Positions 26,338 to 37,135 of a DNA stretch of 64,000 nucleotides are shown in pieces. The stretch is from contig JAWLBL010000018.1 of assembly GCA_041687695.1 (NCBI GenBank), forward strand, positions 111,125 to 175,124. The letters are read 5' to 3'. The notes under the pieces were generated by a model. The model was not told where the DNA came from and ran no database searches. It worked only from the letters and a program-made list of their open reading frames with translations. The position numbers and the translations under genes are program-made. Source of the DNA: Myxococcota bacterium. GTDB lineage: Bacteria; Myxococcota_A; UBA9042; PHBI01; JAWLBL01. The stretch's first letter is position 1; the number at the start of each line of letters is the position of its first letter.

Positions 26338-28713
26338 ATGTCTCGTAAGACCACCAGCGTACGGAAGGCCGCGGTCCTCGGCGCAGGCGTGATGGGCTCC
26401 GGCATCGCCGCCCACCTCGCGTCCTGCGGTTTTCGGACCCTGCTGCTCGACATCGTCCCGCCGAACCTGACGGACGCCGAGCGCGAAGACCCCAAGGCCC
26501 GCAACCGCTTCAGCCAGGGCGGCCTCGACGGGGCGCTCAAGGCGCGCCCGGCCGCCTTCGTCGACAAGGCGGCGGCCAGCCTCATCGAGATCGGCAACTT
26601 CGACGACGACATGGGTCGCCTCGCCGAGTGCGACTGGGTCATCGAGGTGGTCAAGGAGGACATGGGCATCAAGCGGGCGCTGCTCGAGAAGATCGAGGCC
26701 AACGTCCGCCCGGGCACCATCGTCGCGACGAACACGTCGGGCCTGTCCATCGAGGGGATGCTCGAGGGGCGCTCGGCCGAGTTCAAGGCCAACTTCCTGG
26801 GCATGCACTTCTTCAACCCGGTGCGCTACATGCACCTGCTGGAGATCATCCCGGGGCCCGAGACCAAGCCCGAAGTCGTCGAGGACATGGCGCACTTCTC
26901 GCAGCGCTACCTCGGCAAGGGCGTGGTCTACGCCAAGGACACCCCGAACTTCATCGCGAACCGCATCGGCGTGTACTCGATGATGAAGACCATCCAGTCG
27001 ATGGGCGAGCTGGGCTACACCATCGAGGAGGTCGACGCGATCGTCGGCCGCCCGATGGGCCGCCCCAAGTCGGCCGCCTTCCGCACCGCGGACGTGGTCG
27101 GGCTCGACACCTTCGTGCACGTCGCCCAGAACTGCTACGACGCGCTGCCGGACGATCCCGAGCGCGACGTCTTCCAGATCCCCGGCTTCCTGAAGGGGAT
27201 GGTCGAAAAGCGGCTGCTGGGGCAGAAGACCAAGGCGGGCTTCTACCGCAAGAACGGCAAGGAGCTGCAGACCATCGATCTCGACACGCTCGAGTATCGG
27301 GCGCAGGTCAAGCCGGACTTCGCCGAGCTGAAGGCGCTCAAGAAGTACGAGGACGCGGGCGAGCGCCTGAAGGTGCTGGTCGCTGGTGACGGCCGCGCGG
27401 CCAAGTTCGCCTGGCACGTCCTGAGCCGGTCGCTGGCCTACGCGGCCAACATCGCGACCGACATCGCCGACGATCTGGTGAACATCGACCGCGGCATGCG
27501 CTGGGGCTTCAACTGGGACCAGGGCCCGTTCGAGGCCTGGCAGGCCCTGGGCGTCAAGGAGACGGCCGAGCGCATCCGCGCCGAGGGCCTGACCCTGCCG
27601 GCGTGGGTGGACGACGCCATCGCCGCGGGCGGCTTCTACGTCGACGGCGCCGAGCCCAAGGCCTTCGTGCCGGGCGCCGAGCTGGCGCCGGTGCCGCAGA
27701 TCCCGGGCGCGCTGTCGCTCGAGCGCGTGCGCAAGGCCGGCGGCGTGGTCGAGAAGAACCGCAGCGCGACGCTGCTGGACCTGGGCGACGGCATCGCCTG
27801 CCTCGAGTTCCACACCAAGATGAACACCGTCGACGACGGCCTCGTCGCGATGATGAACAAGGCCTGCGACATCGTCGACCGCGACTTCGACGGCCTGGTC
27901 GTGGCGAACGAGGGCGAGCACTTCTCGGCCGGCGCCAACCTGATGCTCGTCGTGATGAACGCCAACCAGAAGAAGTGGGCGGACATCGAGGCGGTCTGCA
28001 AGGGCTTCCAGGACGCCAACCAGCGCCTGACCTACCTGTCCAAGCCGGTCGTGACCAACCCGCACGGCCTGACCCTGGGCGGCGGCTGCGAGATGGCGAT
28101 GGCCGGCGACCGCATGCTGGTCTCGCAGGAGACCTACATGGGCCTGGTCGAGGTCGGCGTCGGCCTCATCCCGGGCGGCGCGGGCACGCTGAACCTGCTC
28201 AAGCGGGTCCTGGCCAACGTGCCGGCGTCCTTCCAGGGCGACCGCATGCCCTTCATCCAGAAGGCCTTCGAGGCCATCGGCCTGGCCAAGGTCGCGACCG
28301 GCGCCGGCGAGGTCTTCGACATCGGCTTCGGAACGCCCAAGGACGAGATCGCGTTCAACCGCGACCGGCGCATCGCCGACGCCAAGGCGCTGGCGCTGTA
28401 CCTGGCCGAGCGCGGCTACACCCCGCCGCGGCCGGCCGACAACCTCATCCTGCCGGGCCGCGCCGGCTCGAGCGCCATCTCGCTGTTCGTCTACGGCCTG
28501 ATGCTGTCGGGCAACGCGTCCGAGCACGACAAGAAGATCGCCGACAAGCTGGCCTACGTCCTGTGCGGCGGCGACACCGACGGCAAGACGGCGGTGAGCG
28601 AGCAGCACGTCCTGGATCTCGAGCGCGAGGCCTTCATGAGCCTCGTCGGCGAGCCCAAGACGCTCGAGCGCATGCAGTACATGCTGATGAACAACAAGCC
28701 GCTGCGTAACTGA
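26338..28713 (+). CDS. 3-hydroxyacyl-CoA dehydrogenase/enoyl-CoA hydratase (FadN-like)
   Basis: [56 protein letters not shown]. Confidence 0.93.
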   Translation: MSRKTTSVRKAAVLGAGVMGSGIAAHLASCGFRTLLLDIVPPNLTDAEREDPKARNRFSQGGLDGALKARPAAFVDKAAASLIEIGNFDDDMGRLAECDWVIEVVKEDMGIKRALLEKIEANVRPGTIVATNTSGLSIEGMLEGRSAEFKANFLGMHFFNPVRYMHLLEIIPGPETKPEVVEDMAHFSQRYLGKGVVYAKDTPNFIANRIGVYSMMKTIQSMGELGYTIEEVDAIVGRPMGRPKSAAFRTADVVGLDTFVHVAQNCYDALPDDPERDVFQIPGFLKGMVEKRLLGQKTKAGFYRKNGKELQTIDLDTLEYRAQVKPDFAELKALKKYEDAGERLKVLVAGDGRAAKFAWHVLSRSLAYAANIATDIADDLVNIDRGMRWGFNWDQGPFEAWQALGVKETAERIRAEGLTLPAWVDDAIAAGGFYVDGAEPKAFVPGAELAPVPQIPGALSLERVRKAGGVVEKNRSATLLDLGDGIACLEFHTKMNTVDDGLVAMMNKACDIVDRDFDGLVVANEGEHFSAGANLMLVVMNANQKKWADIEAVCKGFQDANQRLTYLSKPVVTNPHGLTLGGGCEMAMAGDRMLVSQETYMGLVEVGVGLIPGGAGTLNLLKRVLANVPASFQGDRMPFIQKAFEAIGLAKVATGAGEVFDIGFGTPKDEIAFNRDRRIADAKALALYLAERGYTPPRPADNLILPGRAGSSAISLFVYGLMLSGNASEHDKKIADKLAYVLCGGDTDGKTAVSEQHVLDLEREAFMSLVGEPKTLERMQYMLMNNKPLRN

Positions 28714-28738
28714 GCCGCGGTCCACGAGGAGAGTCGTC

Positions 28739-29866
28739 ATGCGTGAAGCAGTCATCGTCAGCGCGGTCCGCACCCCGGTCGGCCGCGCCATCAAGGGCAG
28801 CTACAAGGACGTCCGCCCCGAGGACCTGGGCGCCGCGGCCTTCCGCGCCGCGATCGAGCGCGTCCCGGGCCTGGACCCGGCCGAGGTCGAGGACGTCGTG
28901 GTGGGCTGCGCCATGCCCGAGGGCCCGCAGGGGCTGAACGTCGGCCGCACCATCGGCCTGCTGGCCGGCCTGCCGACCTCGGTCCCGGCGCAGACCGTCA
29001 ACCGGTTCTGCTCGTCGGGCCTGCAGACCATCGCCAGCGCGGCCGAGCGCATCATGGCCGGCTTCGCCGACGTCATCGTGGCGGGCGGCGTCGAGTCGAT
29101 GTCGATGGTCCCGATGGGCGGGTTCACCCCGCGCCCGCACCCGGCCACCGTCGCCGAGAACCCGGCGCTGTTCACCCCGATGGGGTCGACGGCCGAGGTG
29201 GTGGCCGACCGCTACGGCATCACCCGCGCCGAGCAGGACGCCTTCGCGGTGCGCAGCCACGCCAACGCCGTGGACGCCATCGAGAAGGGCCGCTTCAAGG
29301 ACGAGCTCGTGCCCTTCGCCGGGCTGGACCGCGACGAGGGCCCGCGCCCGGGCACGACGGCCGAGGTGCTGGGCAACCTGAAGCCGGCGTTCAAGCTGGG
29401 CGGGTCGGTCACCGCGGGCAACAGCTCGCAGATGAGCGACGGCGCGGCGGCGGCGGTGGTCATGAGCCGCGCCAAGGCCGAGAGCCTGGGCGCCGAGATC
29501 CTGGGCGTCTTCCGCGGCTACGCGGTCGTCGGCGTCGAGCCGGACGAGATGGGCGTCGGGCCGGCCTACGCCATCCCGAAGCTGCTCGAGATGACCGGCG
29601 TGAAGCTCGAGGACATCGATCTGTTCGAGATCAACGAGGCCTTCGCCTCGCAGGCCGTGTACTCGGTCAAGAAGCTCGGCATCGACATGGACAAGGTCAA
29701 CGTCAACGGCGGCGCCATCGCCCTGGGCCACCCGCTCGGGTGCACCGGCGCCAAGCTGACGGCGACCCTGCTCCATGAGCTCAAGCGCCGCGGCGGCCGT
29801 TACGGTGTCGTCTCGATGTGCATCGGCGGCGGCATGGGCGCCGCGGGCCTGTTCGAGCGCATCTAG
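28739..29866 (+). CDS. Acetyl-CoA C-acyltransferase (thiolase)
   Basis: [26 protein letters not shown]. Confidence 0.95.
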   Translation: MREAVIVSAVRTPVGRAIKGSYKDVRPEDLGAAAFRAAIERVPGLDPAEVEDVVVGCAMPEGPQGLNVGRTIGLLAGLPTSVPAQTVNRFCSSGLQTIASAAERIMAGFADVIVAGGVESMSMVPMGGFTPRPHPATVAENPALFTPMGSTAEVVADRYGITRAEQDAFAVRSHANAVDAIEKGRFKDELVPFAGLDRDEGPRPGTTAEVLGNLKPAFKLGGSVTAGNSSQMSDGAAAAVVMSRAKAESLGAEILGVFRGYAVVGVEPDEMGVGPAYAIPKLLEMTGVKLEDIDLFEINEAFASQAVYSVKKLGIDMDKVNVNGGAIALGHPLGCTGAKLTATLLHELKRRGGRYGVVSMCIGGGMGAAGLFERI

Positions 29867-29890
29867 GCCTCGAAGCCTGGCTTGCGAGTG

Positions 29891-29930
29891 GAAGGGCGGG
29901 TGACCTGCGGGTCGTCCGCCCTTCGTCTTT
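29891..29930 (+). terminator. Putative intrinsic terminator after the thiolase gene
   Basis: GAAGGGCGG...CCGCCCTTC stem followed by GTCTTT. Confidence 0.5.
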
Positions 29931-29983
29931 CGAAGCGGATCGCGGCCCACACCCTCGCAAGGTCGACCAACGGAGGCCGTTCG

Positions 29984-30164
29984 GGCCGGCTGGAAGAGGG
30001 TGTCGTATCGACCCCGTCGCAGGTTGCCTTGGAGTGCTCCAGCTCAAAGCCCCGGAGCCGGCGGCTTGCCGCCGGGATCTGGCCGCCAGACCGGCGCAGC
30101 AAGCTGCGCCGGATGGGGGCTCCACCAAGGTGGAGCACTCCGGTTGGGCTCTTGAGACACCCTC
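29984..30164. repeat. REP/REPIN (MITE)-like multi-hairpin element, copy 1
   Basis: Near-identical to 63837-64000; GGAGTGCTCCA...TGGAGCACTCC outer inverted repeat enclosing hairpins with CTTG/CAAG loops. Confidence 0.85.
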
Positions 30165-30261
30165 TGGAAGCCGGCGATCCCGGGGGAGGGCGTTGCGAGT
30201 GTCCTTGCGGCACCTGGGCGCGTCGCTTGTGGCGGGGGCGGGCCGCTGTTATCAATGGCGC

Positions 30262-30573
30262 GTGGTTCGGCTCCTCCTCATCGTCATGTTCGCTGCCTTC
30301 CTCGAGCAGGCGACCGGCCTCGCGGCGCTGCTGCAGCCCGCCGAGATCGACTGCTGCGGTGAGGCGCACTCGCAGGGCGACCAGGACGACGAACCCGACT
30401 GCCCGCCCGAGTGCTGCAGCGCCTGCGCGCCGCTCAGGACGGCCGATCGCACGGTCACCAGCGACGTCGTGGTGTTCACCGCGGGTGAGTGGCTCGTCGC
30501 GCGCGACCAGAGCCCGCCCATCGAACCCGAGCCGCGTCGGGTCCGCCACGTTCCCAGATCCCAGGCCGCCTGA
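30262..30573 (+). CDS. Small Cys-rich protein preceding the czc operon (CzcI/DUF2946-like)
   Basis: Signal-like N-terminus, CC...CxxxCCxxC and C-terminal HVPR; typical position upstream of metal efflux genes. Confidence 0.6.
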   Translation: MVRLLLIVMFAAFLEQATGLAALLQPAEIDCCGEAHSQGDQDDEPDCPPECCSACAPLRTADRTVTSDVVVFTAGEWLVARDQSPPIEPEPRRVRHVPRSQAA

Positions 30574-30702
30574 TCGTCTGAGCAGGAACGTCCTGTCCGA
30601 TGCGGCCCGACCGCGTCCGGGCAGCCTTCGCGCCGTGTTGCGCCCCACCCATGGGGCCGTGCGCGGCCGTGGACCTTCGCGGAGACTCCCTTGCGATTTC
30701 CA

Positions 30703-31935
30703 ATGGGCGCGCTGGTGCTCGCGGGCATCCTCGCCGCCGCCCCCGTGCGCGCGCAGCCGAGCGACGCGCCGGCGCTGACCCTCGCGCAGCTGGTCGACCT
30801 GGCCCTGTCCCGCGTTGTAGGCGTGCAGGCGGCGCGCGCCCGCATCGCCGAGGCCCGCGCGCTGCGCGTCGGCGCCGGCCTGCGTGACAACCCCACCGTC
30901 GAAGGGGCGGCCGGGCCGCGCTTCCACGACGGCGGCACCGGGCTCGAGCTGGAGGTCGGCGCCACGCTGCCCCTCGACGTGCCCGGCCGCCGCGCTCGCC
31001 GCCTGGCCGTGGCCGCCGCCCGCCTCACCCAGGCCGAGGCCGAGCTCGAGGTCGCGAGGCGCGAGGTCGCGCTGGCCGTCATCGAGGAGTGGGCGCGCCT
31101 CGGGGCCGCCCAGGGCGCCCTAGACGTCAGCCGCGCCGCCGTCGCGCTGGCCCAGGAGCTGGTCGCGGCCGTCGAGGGCCGCGAGGCCGCGGGGACCGCC
31201 AGCGGGCTCGACCGGGTGATGGCCGAGGCCGAGCTGGCCAAGGCGCGCGCCCAGCTCGCCGCGCAGCAGCGCGAGGTGGTGCAGGCCCGAGCGCGGCTGG
31301 CCCGACTGGTCGGCGCCCCCGAGGCCCTGACCGCGCCGCTGGACGTCGATCTGACCAGCCTCGCCGAGCTGGGTGACGCGGTGCCCGAGGTCGCGCCCGT
31401 GCAGCTCGAGGCGCTGGCGGCGCGCGCCGATGTGGCCCGCGCCGAGACCACGCTCGCCCGGGCCGCCGCCCTCCCGGACGTCGCCGTCGGCGCCTGGTAC
31501 GCCCAGGAAGAGGGCGCGCACATCGCGACCGCCGGCGTCTCGGTCACGCTGCCCGTCTTCGATCGCGGGCAGGGCGATCTGGCGCTGGCGCGCGCCCAGG
31601 AGGCCACCGCCGCCGCCGAGCGCGAGGCCGCCGAGCGCCGCCTCGTCGCCACCCGCCAGGGCGCCGCCCTCGTGTTTCGGCAGGCCGCCGAGGCGACCCG
31701 ACTGACCCGCGACGAGGTCGTGCCCCGGGCCGACCGCGCCGTCGAGATGGCGCGCGAGGCCTACCTCGCGGGCAAGATCGACCTCACCACCGTCATCACC
31801 CTGCGGCGCCAGGCCCTCGAGGCCCGCGCCGCGCTCCAGGAACGCCTGCTCGTGCAGGCGCTCGCCGGGGTCGCCGTGTGGTCGGCCTCCGGCGCTCCCT
31901 TGCCCTTCGACGACTCCATCAGGACCGACCCATGA
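30703..31935 (+). CDS. TolC/CzcC-family outer membrane efflux protein
   Basis: Signal peptide, NPTVE, LPDV..G, VSVTLPVFDRGQG, AYLAGKI. Confidence 0.88.
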   Translation: MGALVLAGILAAAPVRAQPSDAPALTLAQLVDLALSRVVGVQAARARIAEARALRVGAGLRDNPTVEGAAGPRFHDGGTGLELEVGATLPLDVPGRRARRLAVAAARLTQAEAELEVARREVALAVIEEWARLGAAQGALDVSRAAVALAQELVAAVEGREAAGTASGLDRVMAEAELAKARAQLAAQQREVVQARARLARLVGAPEALTAPLDVDLTSLAELGDAVPEVAPVQLEALAARADVARAETTLARAAALPDVAVGAWYAQEEGAHIATAGVSVTLPVFDRGQGDLALARAQEATAAAEREAAERRLVATRQGAALVFRQAAEATRLTRDEVVPRADRAVEMAREAYLAGKIDLTTVITLRRQALEARAALQERLLVQALAGVAVWSASGAPLPFDDSIRTDP

Positions 31936-32306
31936 CCATCAGCCCCCTCGTCCGCTCCCTGCTCTGCGCCGCCGCCCTGACCCTGGCCCTCGCCGGCTGC
32001 CAGAAGTCCGAGGCGCCCAAGCCCGAGACCCCGACCGGCACCGTCGCCCCGGCCAAGGACGAGGCCGGGGCCGCCAAGCCCGCCGAGGCGCCTCAGCACG
32101 GCAAGCCCGGCGCCGAGCCCGGCTCGCACGAGGACTGGTGCGGCGAGCACGCCGTCCCCGAGTCGCAGTGCACGCGCTGCAACGCCAAGCTCATCCCCGC
32201 CTTCAAGGCGACCGGCGACTGGTGCGACGACCACGGCCTGCCCAAGTCGCAGTGCCTCACCTGCAACCCCGACCTGAAGATCGAGCGCCCCCCGAAGCAG
32301 GGCTGA
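31932..32306 (+). CDS. Lipoprotein with duplicated Cys/His metal-binding motif
   Basis: Lipobox LAGC; two WCx(E/D)HxxP(E/K)SQCxxCN repeats; ATGA overlap. Confidence 0.8.
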   Translation: MTISPLVRSLLCAAALTLALAGCQKSEAPKPETPTGTVAPAKDEAGAAKPAEAPQHGKPGAEPGSHEDWCGEHAVPESQCTRCNAKLIPAFKATGDWCDDHGLPKSQCLTCNPDLKIERPPKQG

Positions 32307-32316
32307 GGAGGCTCCG

Positions 32317-33684
32317 ATGCGTGGCGATGTGACACGAGCGATGCTCGGCGCCCTGGCGTTGGCCATGGCCGCCGGCTGCAAGGCGGACGCCCCGACCGGC
32401 GCCCCTGCGCCGGCCGAGCCCCGCCCGACGGCGGCCGCGGCGGCGGACATGTGCGCCGAGCACGGCGTGCTCGAGGCCCTGTGCACGAAGTGCAACCCGA
32501 GCCTGGCGCCCATCTTCCAGAAGAAGGGCGACTGGTGCGGCGAGCACGGGCTGCCCGAGTCGATCTGTCCCATCTGCCACCCCGAGCGCGGCGGCCGCCC
32601 GGCCGTCGACGTCTCGGTCGACGAGGCCCCGCCCGACGGGCTCGAGGTGCGGCTCGCGGCCGCCGAGACCGCCCGCATCGCCGGCCTCGATACCGCCCCG
32701 GTCATCGAGCGCGCGGTCGCCGGCACGCTGGTCGCCCCGGCCCGCCTCACCTGGGACGCGACCCGGCTGGCCCGGATCGGCGCCCGCTCCTCGGGCGTCG
32801 TCCGCTCGCTGGCGGCCGACGTGGGCGCCGTCGTCGCGGCCGACGCGCCCCTGGCCACCGTCGACAGCCCCGAGGTCGGGGCCACCCGCGGCGAACGCGC
32901 GGCCGCCTCCGCCCGTCTGACGGCGGCCCGCAAGGTGCTGGCTCGCGAGCGCGATCTCCACGCCCGCGGCCTGTCGCCCCTGGCCGACGTGCAGCGCGCC
33001 GAGGCCGCCGTCGCCGTCGCCCGCGCCGAGCTGGCCGCCTCGCGGGCATCGCTGTCCGCCACCGCGGGCGCGGGCGGCAAGGACGGACGCTATGCGCTGA
33101 CCACCCCCATCGCGGGCACGGTCACGCAGCGCCTGGCCACCATCGGCCAGACCGTCAACGCCGGCGAGGTCCTCTTCGAGATCGTCGACACCTCGGTCGT
33201 CTGGGCCGAGGTCGACGTCCCCGAGCGCGACATCGGCCGCCTGGCGGTGGGGCAAGCCGTGACCATCACCGTCCCCGCCCTGGGCCCCGACGCCCGCTTC
33301 CAGGGCACGGTCGCGGTCCTCGGCGCCGCCGTCGACGAGCACACCCGCACCGTCCGCGTCCGGGTCCCGCTGGACAACCCCGACGGCCGCCTGCGTGCCA
33401 ACATGCTGGCCGAGGCCCGGGTCGAAGCCGCCGCCGGCGCCCCTGCGCTGCTGGTCCCGCGCGCCGCCGTGCAGAACGCCAAGGGCGTCGAGCTGGTCTT
33501 CGTGAAGAAGGACGTCGACCTCTACCAGACGCGGCGCGTCCGCGTCGGTGCCTACGAGGGCGATCTCGTCCGCATCACCTCGGGGCTCAAGCCCGGCGAG
33601 CAGGTCGTCACCACCGGGAGCTTCCTGCTCAAGACCGAGACCCTGCGCGACAGCATCGGCGCCGGCTGCTGCGCCGAGGACTGA
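32317..33684 (+). CDS. RND periplasmic adaptor (CzcB/CusB-like) with N-terminal Cys/His module
   Basis: Lipobox AAGC; TRTVRVRV.LDNPDGRLRANM; GLKPGEQVVT.GSFLLK; ends in GCCAED. Confidence 0.9.
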   Translation: MRGDVTRAMLGALALAMAAGCKADAPTGAPAPAEPRPTAAAAADMCAEHGVLEALCTKCNPSLAPIFQKKGDWCGEHGLPESICPICHPERGGRPAVDVSVDEAPPDGLEVRLAAAETARIAGLDTAPVIERAVAGTLVAPARLTWDATRLARIGARSSGVVRSLAADVGAVVAADAPLATVDSPEVGATRGERAAASARLTAARKVLARERDLHARGLSPLADVQRAEAAVAVARAELAASRASLSATAGAGGKDGRYALTTPIAGTVTQRLATIGQTVNAGEVLFEIVDTSVVWAEVDVPERDIGRLAVGQAVTITVPALGPDARFQGTVAVLGAAVDEHTRTVRVRVPLDNPDGRLRANMLAEARVEAAAGAPALLVPRAAVQNAKGVELVFVKKDVDLYQTRRVRVGAYEGDLVRITSGLKPGEQVVTTGSFLLKTETLRDSIGAGCCAED

Positions 33685-33685
33685 G

Positions 33686-36600
33686 ATGCTGCAAGCCCTC
33701 ATCACGTTCTCGCTGCGCCACCGGCTGGTGGTCATCGCCGGCAGCCTGCTGATGGCCGCCGCGGGGCTCTGGGCCTTTCGTCATCTCTCCTTCGACGCCT
33801 TCCCGGACACCACCCCGGTGCAGGTCCAAGTCAACACCACCGCGCCCGCGCTGGGGCCGCTCGAGGTCGAACGCCAGCTGACCTTCCCCATCGAGCAGTC
33901 GCTGGGCGGCCTCGAGGGGCTGCTCGAGGTGAGGTCGCTGTCGAAGTTCGGGCTGTCGCAGGTCACGGCGGTCTTCGAGGACGGCGCCGACATCTACCGC
34001 GCCCGCCAGCTGGTCACCGAGCGCCTCGCGACCGCGCGCCTGCCGCCCGGGGTCGAGCGGCCGGAGCTGGGCCCGGTGGCCACCGGGCTGGGCGAGGTCT
34101 TCCACTACCTGGTCACGAGCGACGAGCACTCGCTGGCCGAGCTGCGCACCCTGCACGACTGGGAGATCGCGCCGCAGCTGCGCGCCGTCACCGGCGTCGC
34201 CGAGGTCAACGCCTGGGGCGGGGACGAGCGCCAGGTCCACGTCCTGCTCGACCCGCGCGACCTGCAACAGCGCGACCTGACCCTGGCCGACGTGGTGAGC
34301 GCCATCGAGCGCACCAACGCCAACGTCGGCGGCGGCGCCATCGACGCGGCCGGCGAGACGCGCCTGGTGCAGGGCATCGGCCTGCTCGAGACCCCTCAGG
34401 ACGTGGCCGACATCACCCTGACCACCCGCGCGGGCGTCCCCCTGCGGCTGGGCGATCTGGGCCGCGTGGTCGAGGGGCGCGAGCTGCGCCGCGGCGCCGT
34501 CACCGCCGACGGCCGGGGCGAGGTGGTCCTGGGCCTGGGCTTCATGCTGATGGGCCACAGCGGCGACGACGTCACCCGGCGCCTGGCCGCCCGCCTGGAC
34601 GAGGTCCGCCGCACCCTGCCCGCCGGCGTGACCGTCGAGCCGGTCTACCAGCGCACCGATCTGGTCGACCGGGTGCTGAAGACCGTCCGCGACAACCTGC
34701 TCGAAGGCGCCGCCCTGGTCGTCGCCGTGCTCTTCGCCTTCATGGGCGATCTGCGCGCCGGCCTCATCGTCGCCTCGGCCATCCCGCTGTCGATGCTGTT
34801 CGCCTTCGATCTCATGAGCCGCGCCGGCCTCACCGGGACCCTGATGAGCCTGGGCGCCATCGACTTCGGGCTGGTGGTCGACAGCTCGGTCATCATGGTC
34901 GAGAACGCCTCGCACCGCCTGTCGGAAGCCCCGCCCGGCCGCTCGCGCCTGGACGTGGTCCGCGACGCCGCCCTCGAGGTCCGCCGCCCGACCCTCTTCG
35001 GCGAGCTGATCATCATGGTGGTCTACCTGCCGATCCTCCTGCTCGAGGGGGTCGAGGGGAAGCTCTTCCGGCCGATGGCCCTGACCGTCATCTTCGCCCT
35101 GCTCGGCTCGATGATCCTGTCGGTGACCCTGATGCCGGCCCTCGCCAGCCTGCTGCTGCCGAAGAGACCCCCGCGCCGCACCGGACCGGGCCTGGTGATG
35201 CGCGGCCTGCTGGCCCTGTACCGTCCCCTGCTGCGCGCCGCCCTGCGCTACCGCGTGGCCCTGTTGGCCGGCGTCGTGGCGGCGCTGGCCGGCGGCGTCC
35301 ACCTGGCCAGCCGCCTCGGCGCCGAGTTCGTCCCGCGCCTGGACGAGGGCGCCATCGCCATCAACACCGTCCGCCTGGCCGGCGTCTCGCTCGACGAGTC
35401 GGTCCGCTACGGCACGCAGATCGAGCGCGCCCTGCTCGAGCGCTTCCCCGACGAGATCGACCGCCTCTGGACCCGCACCGGCACGGCCGAGGTCGCGACC
35501 GATCCGATGGGCCTCGAGGTGAGCGACGTCTTCGTCACCCTGACCCCGCGCGAGACCTGGAAGGCCGCCCGCACCCAGGACGAGCTGGTCGGGCACATGC
35601 AGGCGCTGGTCTCGACCCTGCCCGGCATGCGCGCCGTCTTCAGCCAGCCCATCGAGATGCGCCTGAACGAGATGGTCGCGGGCGTCCGCGCCGACCTGGG
35701 CGTCAAGGTCTTCGGGCCCGACTACGAGGTGCTCAAGAAGAAGGCGCGCGAGGTCGAGGCGGTCCTGAACACCCTGCCCGGCGCGGTCGACGTGACGACC
35801 GAGACCGTCACCGGCCAGCCGGTGCTGGAGATCCGCGTCGACCACCAGGCCGCCGCCCGCCACGGCGTCCCGCCCAGCGACATCCTGGCCACCATCGAGG
35901 CCATCGGCGGCACCGAGGTCGCGACCCTGTACGAGGGCCAGCGCACCTTCCCCATCGCCGTCCGCCTGGAAGAGCACCTGCGCACCGACGACGAGGCCCT
36001 GGGCCGCGTCCTGGTCACCACCCCCGCCGGCGCCCAGGTGCCGCTGTCGGCGCTGACGACCCTGGAGACGGTCGAGCAGCCCGGCACCGTGCAGCGCGAG
36101 TGGGCCCGCCGCCGCGTCATCGTGCAGGCCAACGTCCGCGGCCGCGACCTGGCCGGCTTCGTCGCCGAGGCCCGCGCCGCCCTCCACCAGCAGGTCGCGC
36201 TCGCGCCCGGTTACGACCTGCAGTTCGGCGGCCAGTTCGCGCACTACGAGAGCGCCCGCCAGCGCCTGACGATCGTCGTCCCGCTGGCCCTGGCCCTCAT
36301 CTTCCTCCTGCTCTACCTGACCTACGGCCGGGTCCTGGACGCCCTGCGCGTCTTCACCGGCGTGCCCACCGCCCTGCTGGGCGGCGTCGTCGCCCTGTGG
36401 CTGCGCGACATGCCGTTCTCCATCTCGGCCGGCGTCGGCTTCGTCGCCCTCACCGGCGTCTCGGTCCTGGGCGACATGGTCCTGGCCTCGACCATCCGCC
36501 AGCGCCTGGACCAGGGCCTGCCCCTGCGCGAGGCCATCCTCGGCGGCGCCGAACGCCGCCTGCGCCCGGTCCTGATGACCAGCCTCGTCGCCGGCCTGGG

Positions 36601-36796
36601 CTTCATCCCGATGGCCCTCAGCGTCGGCCCCGGCGCCGAGGTCCAGCGCCCCCTCGCCACCGTGGTCATCGGCGGCGTCCTCTCCTCGACCTGCCTGACC
36701 CTGCTGGTCCTGCCCGCCCTCTACAGCTTCGTCGGCCTCGGCCGCCGCCCTGCGCCCGCGGCCAGCCCCGACGAAGCCGCCACCGAGGCCGCCTGA
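33686..36796 (+). CDS. CusA/CzcA-family heavy-metal RND permease
   Basis: DAFPD.TPVQVQV, GLGEVFHY, AIDFGLVVDSSVIMVEN, RLRPVLMT, GAEVQRPLATVVIGG. Confidence 0.95.
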   Translation: MLQALITFSLRHRLVVIAGSLLMAAAGLWAFRHLSFDAFPDTTPVQVQVNTTAPALGPLEVERQLTFPIEQSLGGLEGLLEVRSLSKFGLSQVTAVFEDGADIYRARQLVTERLATARLPPGVERPELGPVATGLGEVFHYLVTSDEHSLAELRTLHDWEIAPQLRAVTGVAEVNAWGGDERQVHVLLDPRDLQQRDLTLADVVSAIERTNANVGGGAIDAAGETRLVQGIGLLETPQDVADITLTTRAGVPLRLGDLGRVVEGRELRRGAVTADGRGEVVLGLGFMLMGHSGDDVTRRLAARLDEVRRTLPAGVTVEPVYQRTDLVDRVLKTVRDNLLEGAALVVAVLFAFMGDLRAGLIVASAIPLSMLFAFDLMSRAGLTGTLMSLGAIDFGLVVDSSVIMVENASHRLSEAPPGRSRLDVVRDAALEVRRPTLFGELIIMVVYLPILLLEGVEGKLFRPMALTVIFALLGSMILSVTLMPALASLLLPKRPPRRTGPGLVMRGLLALYRPLLRAALRYRVALLAGVVAALAGGVHLASRLGAEFVPRLDEGAIAINTVRLAGVSLDESVRYGTQIERALLERFPDEIDRLWTRTGTAEVATDPMGLEVSDVFVTLTPRETWKAARTQDELVGHMQALVSTLPGMRAVFSQPIEMRLNEMVAGVRADLGVKVFGPDYEVLKKKAREVEAVLNTLPGAVDVTTETVTGQPVLEIRVDHQAAARHGVPPSDILATIEAIGGTEVATLYEGQRTFPIAVRLEEHLRTDDEALGRVLVTTPAGAQVPLSALTTLETVEQPGTVQREWARRRVIVQANVRGRDLAGFVAEARAALHQQVALAPGYDLQFGGQFAHYESARQRLTIVVPLALALIFLLLYLTYGRVLDALRVFTGVPTALLGGVVALWLRDMPFSISAGVGFVALTGVSVLGDMVLASTIRQRLDQGLPLREAILGGAERRLRPVLMTSLVAGLGFIPMALSVGPGAEVQRPLATVVIGGVLSSTCLTLLVLPALYSFVGLGRRPAPAASPDEAATEAA

Positions 36797-36900
36797 TCAG
36801 CGTTTTGACGCCGCCCCCGCCCTGCGTCACTGTTTTTGCGCGACCGTCATCGTTTCGAACCGCACGGCCGCGCTCGTCATCGTCTCCGAGACGACCACGC

Positions 36901-37135
36901 CCGCCTGCCCTGGCCCGAGGACCCGCTCGACCAGCTCGACGCGGTCCTGCAGCTCCTGCAAGCCTCGCCGGTCCCCTTCGACCTCGAAGGCGTCGCCTCG
37001 GCCTCCCACTTCGGGCAGCGCAAGCGCATCCAGGCCATCCTCGATCGCCTCGCCGAGCACCGCATCCTCCTGGCCGCCCCCAGTGCCGCTACCGAACGAC
37101 GGCCGCCGCCTGAGTCTCAGGATCGGTTGTCATGA
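36901..37135 (+). pseudogene. Probable C-terminal remnant of an MmeI-like/type IIG restriction-methyltransferase gene
   Basis: LPWPEDPLDQLDAVLQLLQASPVPFDLEGVA..F...KRIQAILDRL resembles the C-terminal tail of those enzymes; no credible N-terminus. Confidence 0.4.

Noticed and set aside
24706..28794. 1362-aa minus-strand ORF and similar long Arg/Gly/Ala-rich ORFs (e.g. 21800-24559, 48805-51984, 33629-36244)
   Set aside because: Antisense or off-frame shadows of well-supported genes, expected at this GC content
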